From contig CAVSAC010000012.1 of assembly GCA_963725865.1 (NCBI GenBank), positions 1,344,001 through 1,408,000 on the forward strand: a stretch of DNA of 64,000 bases, written 5' to 3'. Positions 28,323 to 39,139 of this stretch are shown here, one piece after another; the first letter of the stretch is position 1, and the number at the start of each line of letters is the position of its first letter. A program made the translations under genes and the position numbers. The DNA comes from Candidatus Eiseniibacteriota bacterium. GTDB lineage: Bacteria; Eisenbacteria; RBG-16-71-46. A model generated the notes under the pieces. That model was not told the DNA's origin. It was given only the letters and a program-made list of their open reading frames with translations, and ran no database searches.

Positions 28323-31040
28323 CTAGCGGAGGACCGTGAGTCGCCGGACCGCGAGCGGGTGCCCGTCCACCTCGAAGCTCACGAAGTACAGCCCGGTCCC
28401 GAGCGGGCGCCCGTCCCCATCGCGCGCGTCCCAGCCCAGCTGATGGTGCCCGGCGCCGAGCCGGCCGAGCGCGATTCCGCGCATCCGCCGGCCGACCACG
28501 TCGTGAACCGCGAAGCGCACCTCGGCCTCGCGTGCGAGCGAGAACGAGAGCTGCGCGGCGCCACGCGCGGGATTGGGTCCGATCGCTTCGAACGCGGTGC
28601 GCCCGATGGAACCGGGCGCGGGTGCCGCGGCCGAGCCGGTCAGGTTGAGCTGCGCCACGAAGCTCGAGTCGTTGCCGCACGCACCGCTCAGGGCCATCCA
28701 GTAGTTGCCGTAGTCGGTGTGCGAGATGTTCCCGATCGTCAGCGTCGGCGTGTCGGCGCCGCTGATCGTGGAGCCGGTCCCGGTCGGGCCATTCACGAGC
28801 GGAGCGTCGAAGCGGTACCACTGGCAGCCGAGCCCGCCATAGCCGGCGGCCGGGGTGGCGCTGAAGGTGACATTGTCGCCCGGCTGCACCGTCACGCTCG
28901 ACGGATCGTGGGCGATCCACGGGACGCCCGTCTCGGAGAACTTCGCCCAGCGCGGTGCGGCGAGCGCGCCGCCGGCGACGAACCCGAACGCGCCGCCCGC
29001 ATGCACCTCGCCATTGGTGTAGGCCAGCGCGTACACGTTGTCGTTGGTGCCACCCGCGACGTCGTGCCAGCCGCCGTCCCAGTATGCGACGTGGCTCGCC
29101 CCGATGCCGCCCGCGCTCGTGAACTGCCCGCCGACATAGAGCCGGCTGCCGGTGGACTTCAGCGCGCGCACCGTGCCGTTGGTGCCGCCGGTGCCGAACG
29201 TGGTGTAGAACGAGCCATTCCACTGCGCCAGGTTGGGCGAGCTGTTGATGCCGGGGAAGGACCCCGCCATGACGAGCTGGCCATTGTGGACCTCGAGCGC
29301 GTAGACGACGCCGTTGAAGAATCCGCCGACCTGACTCCAGCTGGCGCCATCCCAGCGCGCGAGCCCGCCGGTCGCGACTCCGCCGGCGGTCGTGAACGCG
29401 CCGCCGGCGTAGAGGTAACCGCCGTACGACTTGAGCGCGAGCACAATGCCGTTCATGCCGCTGCCGAGCGGCTCCCACACGTCGGTGGTCTCGTTCCAGC
29501 GCGCGATGTAGTTGACCGTCGACGAGGAGGCCGTGAACGCGCCGCCGGCGTACGTGACGCTGTTGTGCCGCTCGAGCGCGTACACCCAGTTGTTGAAGCC
29601 CGCGCCCATCGGCGCCCACGCCGGCGGCGGAAACGCGACCATGCTCTGCGTCCAGCGCGCGATGCGGATGGCCGAGACGCCGCCGGCGGTGGAGAACCCG
29701 CCCGCCGCGATGAGCTCGGTCGACCCCAACACGCCCGGATAGAGGAAGGCCTTGAGCGCCATCACGGGTCCGTTCAGGCCCGTGCCGTAGGCCGAGAACG
29801 ACGCGCCATCCCAGCCGGTCAAGAAGTGCGCCGAGGGGCCGGCCGCGGTGGACTGATGGAAGTCACCACCGGCGATCAGTCGGCCGTTGAACAGCGTCAT
29901 CGCATTGACGCTGTTCGCGGTGCCGCCGCCGTACGATCCCCACTCGAAGCCGTTCCAGTGCGCGAGGCTGCTCGCGGGCTGGGCGCCCGCGTCGGTGAAC
30001 GAGCCGCCGGCCACCAGTTCGTCCGCGTATGGGAACATCGCGTAGACGCCCCCGATGATCCCGAATCCGAGCGGCTGCCAGTTGCCGCCGCTCCAGCGCG
30101 TCACCGAGCCGACGGTCTGCCCACCGGCGACGAGGAACACGCCGCCCGCGACCAACTCCCCGTTGAAGTAGCTCAGCGTGACCACGGTGTTGTCCATGCC
30201 CGCGCCCATCGCCTGCCAACTGGTGCCATTCCAGAACGCGACACGATTCGCGGCCACGCCGCCAGCGGTCGTGAAGCGCCCGCCCGCGACGATCCCGCCG
30301 TTGAAGACCTGGAGGCCGAGCACCTCGAGGTTCATGCCGCTGCCCATCGCCTGCCAGCTCGAACCGTTCCAGCGCGCGACGCGGTTGGCCGGCACGCCGC
30401 CCGCGGTGGCGAAGTAGCCGCCCGCGATGAGCTCGCTGCCGTAGACGCCGAGGCTCACGACCCAGTCGTCGATCCCACTGCCGAGGGGCTGCCACGTCGA
30501 ACCGTTCCAGCGCGCGATGTGGCTCGCGGAGCCGCCGCCCGCGTTGAGGAAGTACCCGGCGGCGATCAGCTCACCGTTGTAGACCGCCAGGGCGTAGACG
30601 TAGCTGCCCATCCCGGTGCCGAGGGACTGCCACGCGGAGCCGTTCCAACGGGCGATGTAGCTCGCGGACTGTCCACCGGCGTGGGTGAACAGCCCGCCGG
30701 CGATCAACTCGCCGTTGTAGACGGCGAGGCATCGAACCTGGTCGTCGACGCCCGTGCCGAGCGCCTGCCACTGCCCGGTCGCGGGGTCGCGGGCGGCGAC
30801 GCGGTTCGCGGCCACCCCCTCGATCGTGGTGAACGAGCCGGCCGCCACCAGCATCGACGGCTTCGGCCCGCCACCGTCGGGATCCCACGCCATCAACGCC
30901 TGCACGGGATTGTTGGTGCCGTTCGCGCCGCCGGCGCCGGCGAAGGGCATCGTCAGCCAGTTCGCGCACTGCGCTCGGGCGCCGACGGCTCCGAGCAGCA
31001 GTCCGCACGCCATCACGACCGCCGAGAATCGCAAGCTCAT
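28323..31040 (-). CDS. Secreted beta-propeller repeat protein with Ig domain and FlgD-Ig/T9SS-type CTD
   Basis: About 14 repeats of 'V.AL..YNGEL.AGG.FT.AGG.....IARWNG..W..LG.G', an Ig-like domain, and CTD PNP...WDARD...GLYF. Confidence 0.88.
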   Translation of the reverse strand: MSLRFSAVVMACGLLLGAVGARAQCANWLTMPFAGAGGANGTNNPVQALMAWDPDGGGPKPSMLVAAGSFTTIEGVAANRVAARDPATGQWQALGTGVDDQVRCLAVYNGELIAGGLFTHAGGQSASYIARWNGSAWQSLGTGMGSYVYALAVYNGELIAAGYFLNAGGGSASHIARWNGSTWQPLGSGIDDWVVSLGVYGSELIAGGYFATAGGVPANRVARWNGSSWQAMGSGMNLEVLGLQVFNGGIVAGGRFTTAGGVAANRVAFWNGTSWQAMGAGMDNTVVTLSYFNGELVAGGVFLVAGGQTVGSVTRWSGGNWQPLGFGIIGGVYAMFPYADELVAGGSFTDAGAQPASSLAHWNGFEWGSYGGGTANSVNAMTLFNGRLIAGGDFHQSTAAGPSAHFLTGWDGASFSAYGTGLNGPVMALKAFLYPGVLGSTELIAAGGFSTAGGVSAIRIARWTQSMVAFPPPAWAPMGAGFNNWVYALERHNSVTYAGGAFTASSSTVNYIARWNETTDVWEPLGSGMNGIVLALKSYGGYLYAGGAFTTAGGVATGGLARWDGASWSQVGGFFNGVVYALEVHNGQLVMAGSFPGINSSPNLAQWNGSFYTTFGTGGTNGTVRALKSTGSRLYVGGQFTSAGGIGASHVAYWDGGWHDVAGGTNDNVYALAYTNGEVHAGGAFGFVAGGALAAPRWAKFSETGVPWIAHDPSSVTVQPGDNVTFSATPAAGYGGLGCQWYRFDAPLVNGPTGTGSTISGADTPTLTIGNISHTDYGNYWMALSGACGNDSSFVAQLNLTGSAAAPAPGSIGRTAFEAIGPNPARGAAQLSFSLAREAEVRFAVHDVVGRRMRGIALGRLGAGHHQLGWDARDGDGRPLGTGLYFVSFEVDGHPLAVRRLTVLR

Positions 31041-31373
31041 GGCTGCCTCCGTGGGCTCCGAGGTCCGCTCGCGCGGAGGGGATGAGGCGCGGGTCCGAGT
31101 CGCCCCGTGCTCTCCTCCGTACGTTCGGGCGGGCGCGGGCGAACATCCGGCGCGCGCGCGGGGCTGTCGCCGCGCCCGAGATCGTCCGCATGGCCGGTGA
31201 TGGAAGGCCGTGCGCGCGGTCGCCCCGGGACGCGCCTGGGTGGATCCCCCGACCGGAGCCGCGAGCCGGGACAGAGGCGGCCGGTCGCTCGCGTAACGGT
31301 CGAGTTCCTGCCGGCATCGTGTTGCACGACAGATCACTGGCCGGCAGCGCCGCGGGGGCGGCGGAGTTCCCCC

Positions 31374-31818
31374 TCAGGGCAGCAGGCGTCCGCGAAAGCG
31401 CCGGCTGAGCTTGAGCACGGCACCGTCGTCGAGCACCACGTCGCAATCGCCGTGGGTGGACGGGATCACCTCGCGCACGCAGTCGAGGCGCACCAGCATG
31501 CCGCGGTGGATGCGCGCGAACCGCGCCGGGTCGAGCCCCGCCTCCAGCTCGGCCAGCGTCGCGCGCACGAGGTGGGTGGCGCCGCGGGCCGGACACGCCG
31601 CCGCCCCCGCGCACGTGATCCAACAGCGCCGAAAGGCGCGGGACCCTCGCGCTCCGCGCCGCGCGTGGCGCTCGTGGGCGCTCGCTCACGACCAGCTCGA
31701 TCGCGGCGGCGGGGGTGCCGGCCTCACCCACCACGCGCACGTCGTCTTCGTGCGCGAGCCACAGGCGCAGGCCTTCGCGCGCGACGGGCTCGTCGTCGAC
31801 GATCGCGACACGGATCAC
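31374..31818 (-). pseudogene. LytTR-family response regulator with internal deletions and a frameshift
   Basis: Receiver start VIRVAIVDDEPVAREGL...VVGEA...SERP breaks before the phospho-Asp. The LytTR end HLVRATLAELE..LDPARFARIHR...LKLSRRFR is in another frame. Confidence 0.85.
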
Positions 31819-31900
31819 GCCGGCACTCGCGCGGACGCGTCGATTCGCCACGGCAAACGCAACCGCACCTCGCCGCCCCCGCCGGGTCGCCGCAGGCGGC
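31815..31900 (-). pseudogene. C-terminal stub of a sensor histidine kinase (LytS-like)
   Basis: RPGGGGEVRLRLPWR...* with a GTGA overlap onto the LytTR gene start. Confidence 0.55.
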
Positions 31901-31964
31901 CCCTGTCGCGGACTCGCGGGGCCGTGTACGCTCCCCGCGACCCCGCCGGTGGAGGAAGCGAACC

Positions 31965-32621
31965 GTGAGTCAGCGCAGCAAGACCTACTCGGGCGAGAAC
32001 GTCCGCGTCTACTTCGAGCCGCGGCGCTGCATCCACTCCGCGGAGTGCGTGGCCGGACTGCCGACCGTGTTCGACCCCGAGCGGGTGCCGTGGATCGACC
32101 CGGGCCGCGTGCGCGGGGACGCGCTCGCGCGGGTGGTCGCGCGCTGCCCGACCGGCGCGCTGCACGTCGAGCGGCTCGACGGTGGCCCGGCGGAGGCTCC
32201 GGATCCGGTCAACCAGGTGCGCGTCACGCGCAACGGGCCGCTCCACATGCGCGGCGCGATCGAGGTGCGGACCGCCGACGGCACGCTGATCGCCCAGGAC
32301 ACCCGACTCGCGCTGTGCCGCTGCGGCGCCACCGAGAATCCTCCGTTCTGCGACAACAGCCATCGCGCGATCCGGTTCGTCGACCGCGGCGAGGTGTTCG
32401 AGGGCGGCGTGCGGGCCGGCGACCAGGCTGGGGATCGGACCCTGCGCGTGACTGCGACGACGGGCGGCCCGTTCGAAGTCGCGGGTCCGCTGGAGGTGAT
32501 GAGCGCCGACGGCCGGGTGCGGCTGACCGGCGTGGCGGTCGCGCTGTGCCGGTGCGGCGGGTCGAAGAACAAGCCGTTCTGCGACGGCACCCATCGCACG
32601 CTGGTGCGCGAGGAGAGCTGA
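31965..32621 (+). CDS. YjdI-like divergent 4Fe-4S domain plus two CDGSH [2Fe-2S] domains
   Basis: RCIHSAEC...RCPTGAL, LCRCG....PFCDNSH, LCRCG.SKNKPFCDGTH. RBS GGAGG, GTG start. Confidence 0.9.
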   Translation: MSQRSKTYSGENVRVYFEPRRCIHSAECVAGLPTVFDPERVPWIDPGRVRGDALARVVARCPTGALHVERLDGGPAEAPDPVNQVRVTRNGPLHMRGAIEVRTADGTLIAQDTRLALCRCGATENPPFCDNSHRAIRFVDRGEVFEGGVRAGDQAGDRTLRVTATTGGPFEVAGPLEVMSADGRVRLTGVAVALCRCGGSKNKPFCDGTHRTLVREES

Positions 32622-32793
32622 GAACGTCCGACGTCCGGAGCGCGCCCCCGGCCGTGGTGGACGCGCCGCTGCCGAGGGTCCGGAGTCCGGAATCGGGTGC
32701 CGATTCCGGATTGACTCCCCGTCCACGCGCGGCGGACACTGGGCCGGTTCGACTCCGATGCTCGGCCGCCCAACCACCTTTCGGAGCGTCATC

Positions 32794-35295
32794 ATGCCGC
32801 GTCCCCTGATCCTCATCCTCGCGCTGCTGCTCGCCGTGTCCGCCGTCTCCACCGCGGTCGCCGCTCCATCGGCTCCCCCCGAGCGCCTCTGGGTGGGGTG
32901 GCTGGACGGACACTCGATCGAGGACGCGATGGCGACCGGGGCGGTGCTGCTGGACCGCTTCCCCGACGCCGTGGTGCTGGCGGACGCGGCCTCGGCGACG
33001 CGACTGGCGGATGCCGGCTATCGGGTCGAGCCGCCGCTGGCACTGCCCGCGGGCCGCACCGTGACGCTGCTCCGCACCCGCGCGGCTTCCAGGTCGGCGG
33101 CCGAGCTGGACGCGAAGGACTTCGAGTCGAACGCGGCCGTGCTGCTCTGGCGCGGCGGGCGCGACGCGATCGCGGTCTCGGACGGGCCGTTGGCCGAGGT
33201 CGAGCCGCTGCTGGCGCTCCAGCGCCAGGCGCTGCGCTCCGAGCCGCTGCGCTCCCGCGCGGGTGCGGCGCCGGCCGGGAAGGCGCTCGCCACCGACTTC
33301 GCGCCGGTGATCCAGTCGATGGTCGACCAGGTGTCGGGCCCGGCGCTCATCCAGGAGATCGGCAACCTGGCCGGAGTGCGCCCGGTGACGATCGGCGCCG
33401 GCCCGGTCACGTTCACCACGCGGTCCACGCCGACCGCCCAGTGCGATCTGGCGGAACAGTACGTCTTCGAGCGCTTCCAGGCGCTCGGCTTCAGCGACGT
33501 GCAGTACGACCCGTACTCGTTCTCGAGCACCAGCGCGCGCAACGTCGTCGCGACGCTGCCGGGCGCCACGCGGCCGGGGCGCGTCGTGATCCTGGGTGCC
33601 CATCTCGATTCGACGTCGCCGCAATCGAGCACGCTCGCGCCAGGGGCCAACGACAACGCGAGCGGCATCGCGGGCCTGCTGCTCACCGCCGCGATCCTCA
33701 AGCAGTACTCGTTCGACGCCACCCTCCGCTTCATCGCGTTCACCGGCGAGGAGCAGGGGCTGTACGGCTCGACCCACTACGCCAACGCCGCGGCGGCCCG
33801 CGGCGACACCATCGTGGGCGCGGTGATCTACGACATGATCGCGTGGCACGGCGCACTCAACCAGATCGACATCGAGGGCGAGACCGCCTGGCTGCCGATC
33901 ATGAACGTGATGAACGACGCCTGCGCGCGCTACACCGGCCTGGCGACCCAGATCCAGCTGTTCAGCTTCGGCTCCGATCACGTGCCGTTCCAGAACGTGG
34001 GCTATCCCTCGTTCCTCGCGATCGAGAGCGAGTACGACTCGTATCCCTGCTACCACCAGACCTGCGATTCGACCGGCTGGAACCAGCCGGTGTTCGGCGC
34101 CGACGTCACGCGCGCGGGGCTCGCGACCGTGGCGCAGCTGGCCGGGGTCCGCGACCTGTTCATCTCGCACACGCCGCTCGCCAGCACCGAGAACACGGCC
34201 GGGCCGTACGAGGTGGTGGCGACCATCGCGCAGCTCGCGCCGCTGGTCGCGGACTCGCTCGAGCTGCACTGGTCGAACGGGGGGCCGTTCGTCTCCACGA
34301 CGCTGCTGCCGACCGGCGTGCCCGACCAGTACCACGCGTTCATCCCGGGCCAGCCCGCGACCACGCGGGTGCAGTACTGGTTGAGCGCGAAGGACGAACA
34401 GGACCACCACGCGACCCACCCCACCAACGCCCCCGCCACGCTGCACACGTTCTTCGTGGGGACGCGCGCGACGCTGTTCACGGAGGGCTTCGAGAGCGGC
34501 GGCGTGGGCTGGACCCACGGCGGGGCCGCCGACGACTGGCAGATCGCCTCGCCGTCGGCGCTCGGCGGCGATCCCGCGGCCGCGTACGCCGGAACCAAGG
34601 TCGCCGGCAACGACCTCACGGGGCTGGGGATCTACTCCGGGAAGTACGAGAACCTGACCGACTCGTGGTTCGAGTCGCCGGCCGTCAACTGCTCGACGGC
34701 GACCGCGGTGCGACTGTCGTTCGCGCGCTGGCTCGGAGTGGAACGATCGAACGGCAGCCTCTGGGACTACGCACGCGTGCTGGTCAACGGCACCAAGGTC
34801 TGGGAGAGCCCGCCCGACGCCAACCTGATCGAGACCGGATGGTCGCTCCAGGACCTCGACATCTCCGCGCTCGCCGACGGCAGACCCGCGGTGAAGGTGC
34901 GCTTCACGCTGAAGTCGGACGCGTCGATCACCTACGGCGGCTGGAACCTGGACGAGCTCCGCGTGAGCGGCATCAACACCACGGTGACGGCCGACGCGCC
35001 CGCCGTCGCGCGTCCGGGGGCCGCGGTGCTCTACGCGGCCGCGCCCAATCCCGGCGGCCCGGGCACCGCGCTGCGCTTCGACCTGCCGCGCGCGGGGGTC
35101 GTGGAGCTGACGATCTACGACGTGCGCGGGCGGCGCGTGCGGACGCTCGCGCGCGGCCCACGCGAGGCCGGACTGCATCGCCTGGTGTGGGACGGGCGCG
35201 GCGAGGATGGCGCGCCGAGCGCGGCGGGGGTCTACTTCTACCGCCTGAGCACGCCGGACGGTGCCCTCAGCCGCAAGCTGGTGTTCATGCGCTGA
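32794..35295 (+). CDS. Secreted M28-family peptidase with FlgD-Ig/T9SS-type CTD
   Basis: GAHLDS, GANDNASG, GEEQGL, DMI, SDH, YHQ. CTD PNP...YDVRGRRVR...WDGR...GVYFYRL. Confidence 0.93.
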   Translation: MPRPLILILALLLAVSAVSTAVAAPSAPPERLWVGWLDGHSIEDAMATGAVLLDRFPDAVVLADAASATRLADAGYRVEPPLALPAGRTVTLLRTRAASRSAAELDAKDFESNAAVLLWRGGRDAIAVSDGPLAEVEPLLALQRQALRSEPLRSRAGAAPAGKALATDFAPVIQSMVDQVSGPALIQEIGNLAGVRPVTIGAGPVTFTTRSTPTAQCDLAEQYVFERFQALGFSDVQYDPYSFSSTSARNVVATLPGATRPGRVVILGAHLDSTSPQSSTLAPGANDNASGIAGLLLTAAILKQYSFDATLRFIAFTGEEQGLYGSTHYANAAAARGDTIVGAVIYDMIAWHGALNQIDIEGETAWLPIMNVMNDACARYTGLATQIQLFSFGSDHVPFQNVGYPSFLAIESEYDSYPCYHQTCDSTGWNQPVFGADVTRAGLATVAQLAGVRDLFISHTPLASTENTAGPYEVVATIAQLAPLVADSLELHWSNGGPFVSTTLLPTGVPDQYHAFIPGQPATTRVQYWLSAKDEQDHHATHPTNAPATLHTFFVGTRATLFTEGFESGGVGWTHGGAADDWQIASPSALGGDPAAAYAGTKVAGNDLTGLGIYSGKYENLTDSWFESPAVNCSTATAVRLSFARWLGVERSNGSLWDYARVLVNGTKVWESPPDANLIETGWSLQDLDISALADGRPAVKVRFTLKSDASITYGGWNLDELRVSGINTTVTADAPAVARPGAAVLYAAAPNPGGPGTALRFDLPRAGVVELTIYDVRGRRVRTLARGPREAGLHRLVWDGRGEDGAPSAAGVYFYRLSTPDGALSRKLVFMR

Positions 35296-35693
35296 GCGGC
35301 GACCACCGCCGTCCGGCTGCGACCACGCCGTCGCGGGGGGTTCGGGCGTCGTGACCGGCACGGCACGTGCTGGGCAGCGAAGAGTCGCGGGCGAGGCCTG
35401 CGGCGCAGTCGTGGGCAGGCGGGGGTCAAGGCGCGGGCGTGACAGTCGCGCGGTGCCGCGCTCTCCGACCGTCGCCCTGCTCGATCGCTCGCGCGGAGCG
35501 CCGCACGCCGGACCTGCGCTGGTGCGCCGGGGTCCCGCGCTCGTCGTGCGCCGGCCCGGTGCGCACTGGGGAGTGCTGCCTGCGCGCCGGCGATGGCGGT
35601 AGTCTGCGCGCGAGTCCGCCGCCGCCCACCGTCCGGCGCGGCGGACCCTTGACGACGCAACGCCATGCCCTTCGGCTCCACGGAGGCTCCCCC

Positions 35694-38600
35694 ATGTCGC
35701 AGCGCTACGCTGGCCCTGCCCCGCTGATGCTGGTCGGACTCGTGTGCCTCACCGCCGCCGCGTCGTACGCGGCCGATTCACCCGCAGGCCCCACGAAGAT
35801 GCTCCGTTCGCCCACCGTCAGCGCGAGTCACATCGCGTTCGCGCACGCGAACAACATCTGGATCGTCGAGCGCTCAGGCGGCGCCGCGCGGCGGCTGACC
35901 AGCTTCCAGGGCGTGACCTCCAACCCACGCTTCTCGCCCGACGGCCAGTCGATCGCCTTCAGCGGCGAGTACGGCGGCAACCTGGATGTCTACGTCGTGC
36001 CGGCGACGGGTGGCGAGCCGCGACGGCTGACGTGGCATCCGGGCCCCGACCAGGTCCAGGGCTGGACGCCCGACGGCCGCTCGGTGGTGTTCGCCTCGAC
36101 GCGCGCGTCGTGGGCGCCCACGCCCGCCCCGCGGTTCTGGACCGTGCCCGCCGCGGGCGGCCCCGAGGAGCCGCTGCCGCTCCCCCGCGCCTACCAGGGT
36201 CGCATCGCGCCGGACGGTTCGCGGGTCGCCTACCGCATGAACCCCTCGTGGGACGAGGAGCGCCGCAACTACCGCGGCGGCCAGAACCGGCCGATCTGGA
36301 TCACCGACCTGAAGACCTTCGCTACCCAGACGCCGCCGTGGGACGGCTCCAAGGACATGGACCCGGCATGGCTGGGCCAGACCGTGGTCTTCATCTCGGA
36401 CCGCGACGGGGTCGCGAACGTGTGGGCGTTCGACACCGCCAGCCAGGGGCTCACGCAGCTCACGAAGTTCACCGACTTCGACGTGAAGACGCTCGATGCC
36501 GGCGCTGGCGTCGTGGTGTTCGAACAGGCGGGCGTGATCCACGAGCTGGACCCGAGCACCGGGCGCGAGCACGTGGTCCAGGTCACGGCGGCCGGCGACT
36601 TCCCCTGGATGATGCCGCACTGGGAGGACGTCGGAGGCCGCATCGCGAGCCTGGCGCTCTCGCCCACCGGCAAGCGCGTGCTGGTCGAGGCGCGCGGCGA
36701 GATCTTCACCATCCCGGGCGAGAAGGGCGATGCCCGCGACCTCACGCGCTCCAGCGGCTCGGCGGAGCGCGACCCGGCGTGGTCGCCGGATGGCAAGTAC
36801 GTCTCGTACTTCAGCGACCGCTCCGGGGAGTACCAGCTCGTGATCGAGGAGCAGGACGGCATCCATCCCGGACGAGCGATCGCGCTGCCGGATCCGTCCC
36901 ACTACTACACGCCGTCGTGGTCGCCGGACTCGAAGAAGCTGCTCTACCACGACACCGACCTGCGCGTGTGGGTGCTGGACGTCGCGAGCGGGAAGACCAA
37001 GGTCGTGGGCAGCGATCCGTGGATGGTGCCGGCCCGCACGATGTTCCCGACGTGGAGCCCCGATTCGCGCTACGTCGCGTACGCCGCGCACCTGAACTCG
37101 CTGTTCCGCGCGATCTTCGTGGTCGACGTGGAGAGCGGCGCGTCGCACCAGATCACCGACGGGCTCGCCGACGCGATGTTCCCGGTCTGGGACGCGAGCG
37201 GGAAGTACCTGTGGTTCCTCGCCTCGACCGACTACGGGCTGCGCTCGCAGTGGCTCGACATGACGTCGTACGACCACGAGGAGGAGTTCGGACTCTACCT
37301 CGCGATCCTGAAGCAGGGCGAGCCGAGCCCGCTGCTGCCGGAGAGCGACGAGGACTCCGGCGTCGGCGCGGGCGCCCGGCCCGAGCCGACCGGCGGCGAG
37401 GCCGGCGCAGCGAAGCCGGCCGCGCCGCCGCGCGCGGCGGAACGACCCGGCCCCGACGCCGGGGATCGACCGGCGCGCTCCGCCGCGATCACGGTGAGTA
37501 TCGACTTCGACGGACTGCAGTCGCGCGTGATCGCCATCCCCGGCGTGCCGGAGCGGCAGTACGCGCAGCTCAAGGCCGGCGTGGCGGGCACGGTCTTCTA
37601 CCTCGAGACGGCGCCGGGTCCGCCCCCGGCGGGTCCGGGTGGAGCGGGCGCCGGCGCGACGCTGCAACGCTACAAGCTCAGCGACCGCAAGGCCGCGGCG
37701 TTCGCGAGCGAGGTGGCCGACTACGCGGTGAGCGCCGACGGCCGGAAGCTCGTGTACCGCACGGCGGCGCCCGGCGGCGGCCCGCCCGCGCCCGGCGCTT
37801 CGCCCGCGCGGCCGGCGACGCCGAACCTGTTCCTGGTGGACGCCGACAAGGCGCCGCCCGCGGCGGGCGCGGGCAAGCTGGCGGTCACCCTGCGCATGCT
37901 GCTCGATCCGCGCGCGGAGTTCGCGCAGATGTTCGACGAGGGCTGGCGCGACCAGCGCGACTACCTCTACGTGCCGAACCTGCACGGCGCCGACTGGCCG
38001 CGAGTGAAGGAGATGTACCGCCAGTTCCTGCCGTGGGTGAATCACCGCGCGGACCTGACTGAACTGCTCGACCGCATGGGCTCGGAGCTGGCGATCGGTC
38101 ATTCCTACGTGCGCGGCGGCGACCTGCCCGAGGTGCCGGCGCCGACCGCCGGGCTGCTGGGCGCGGACTTCGCCGTGGAGTCCGGCCGCTACCGCATCAC
38201 GCGCATCTACGACAACGAGAGCTGGAACCCCGAGCTGAAGGCACCGCTCGCGGTGCCGGGCGTGAAGGTCGCGGCCGGCGACTTCGTGCTGGCGGTGAAT
38301 GGCGAAGAGTTGCGCGCGCCCGACAATCTCTATCGCCTGCTCGACGGCACCGCGAACCGGCAGACCGTGCTGACGGTCAACGGCCGTCCGGTGATGGAGG
38401 GTGCGCGCCAGGTGACGGTGGTGCCGGTTGCGAACGAGCAGGCGCTGCGCACCCGCGCGTGGGTGGAGTCGAATCGCCGGCTGGTCGACCGCCTCTCCAA
38501 TGGCCAGCTCGCGTACGTGTACGTGCCCAACACCGGACAGCCCGGCTACACCAGCTTCAACCGCTACTACTTCGCCCAGCAGGACCGCGCCGGCGTGATC

Positions 38601-39122
38601 GTCGACGAGCGATTCAACGGCGGCGGCTCCGCGGCCGACTACATGATCGAGGTGCTGCAGCGGCGCTTCGACGGCTACTTCAACAACGTCGCCGGCGCGC
38701 GGGTCCCGTTCACCAGTCCGGCGGCCGGGATCTGGGGTCCGAAGGTGATGATCGTGAACGAGATGTCGGGCTCGGGCGGCGACCTGTTCCCGTACATGTT
38801 CCGCGCGCGCAAGCTCGGCACGCTGGTCGGCAAGCGTACGTGGGGCGGGCTGGTCCACACCGCCGACTCGCCGGTGCTGGTCGACGGCGGCACCATGATC
38901 GCGCCGCGCGGCGGCTTCTTCTCCGCCGACGGGCATTGGGCGGTCGAGAACGAGGGCGTGGCGCCCGACATCGACGTCGAGAACTGGCCGAAGGACGTGA
39001 TCGCCGGCCACGACCCGCAGCTCGAGCGCGCGGTGGACGAGGCGCTGCTGCAGCTGAAGGCGCACCCGGTCGAGCGCCTGATGCACGAACCGCCGCCCCC
39101 GACGTGGGGACGGCGGAAGTAG
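35694..39122 (+). CDS. Tricorn protease (S41)
   Basis: Signal peptide, PD40 propellers, GHSY, PDZ, DERFNGGG, SGSGGD (catalytic Ser), GKRTWGG, ENEGVAPD, DPQLERAV. Confidence 0.95.
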   Translation: MSQRYAGPAPLMLVGLVCLTAAASYAADSPAGPTKMLRSPTVSASHIAFAHANNIWIVERSGGAARRLTSFQGVTSNPRFSPDGQSIAFSGEYGGNLDVYVVPATGGEPRRLTWHPGPDQVQGWTPDGRSVVFASTRASWAPTPAPRFWTVPAAGGPEEPLPLPRAYQGRIAPDGSRVAYRMNPSWDEERRNYRGGQNRPIWITDLKTFATQTPPWDGSKDMDPAWLGQTVVFISDRDGVANVWAFDTASQGLTQLTKFTDFDVKTLDAGAGVVVFEQAGVIHELDPSTGREHVVQVTAAGDFPWMMPHWEDVGGRIASLALSPTGKRVLVEARGEIFTIPGEKGDARDLTRSSGSAERDPAWSPDGKYVSYFSDRSGEYQLVIEEQDGIHPGRAIALPDPSHYYTPSWSPDSKKLLYHDTDLRVWVLDVASGKTKVVGSDPWMVPARTMFPTWSPDSRYVAYAAHLNSLFRAIFVVDVESGASHQITDGLADAMFPVWDASGKYLWFLASTDYGLRSQWLDMTSYDHEEEFGLYLAILKQGEPSPLLPESDEDSGVGAGARPEPTGGEAGAAKPAAPPRAAERPGPDAGDRPARSAAITVSIDFDGLQSRVIAIPGVPERQYAQLKAGVAGTVFYLETAPGPPPAGPGGAGAGATLQRYKLSDRKAAAFASEVADYAVSADGRKLVYRTAAPGGGPPAPGASPARPATPNLFLVDADKAPPAAGAGKLAVTLRMLLDPRAEFAQMFDEGWRDQRDYLYVPNLHGADWPRVKEMYRQFLPWVNHRADLTELLDRMGSELAIGHSYVRGGDLPEVPAPTAGLLGADFAVESGRYRITRIYDNESWNPELKAPLAVPGVKVAAGDFVLAVNGEELRAPDNLYRLLDGTANRQTVLTVNGRPVMEGARQVTVVPVANEQALRTRAWVESNRRLVDRLSNGQLAYVYVPNTGQPGYTSFNRYYFAQQDRAGVIVDERFNGGGSAADYMIEVLQRRFDGYFNNVAGARVPFTSPAAGIWGPKVMIVNEMSGSGGDLFPYMFRARKLGTLVGKRTWGGLVHTADSPVLVDGGTMIAPRGGFFSADGHWAVENEGVAPDIDVENWPKDVIAGHDPQLERAVDEALLQLKAHPVERLMHEPPPPTWGRRK

Positions 39123-39139
39123 CCCGCGGCCGCCGGCGC

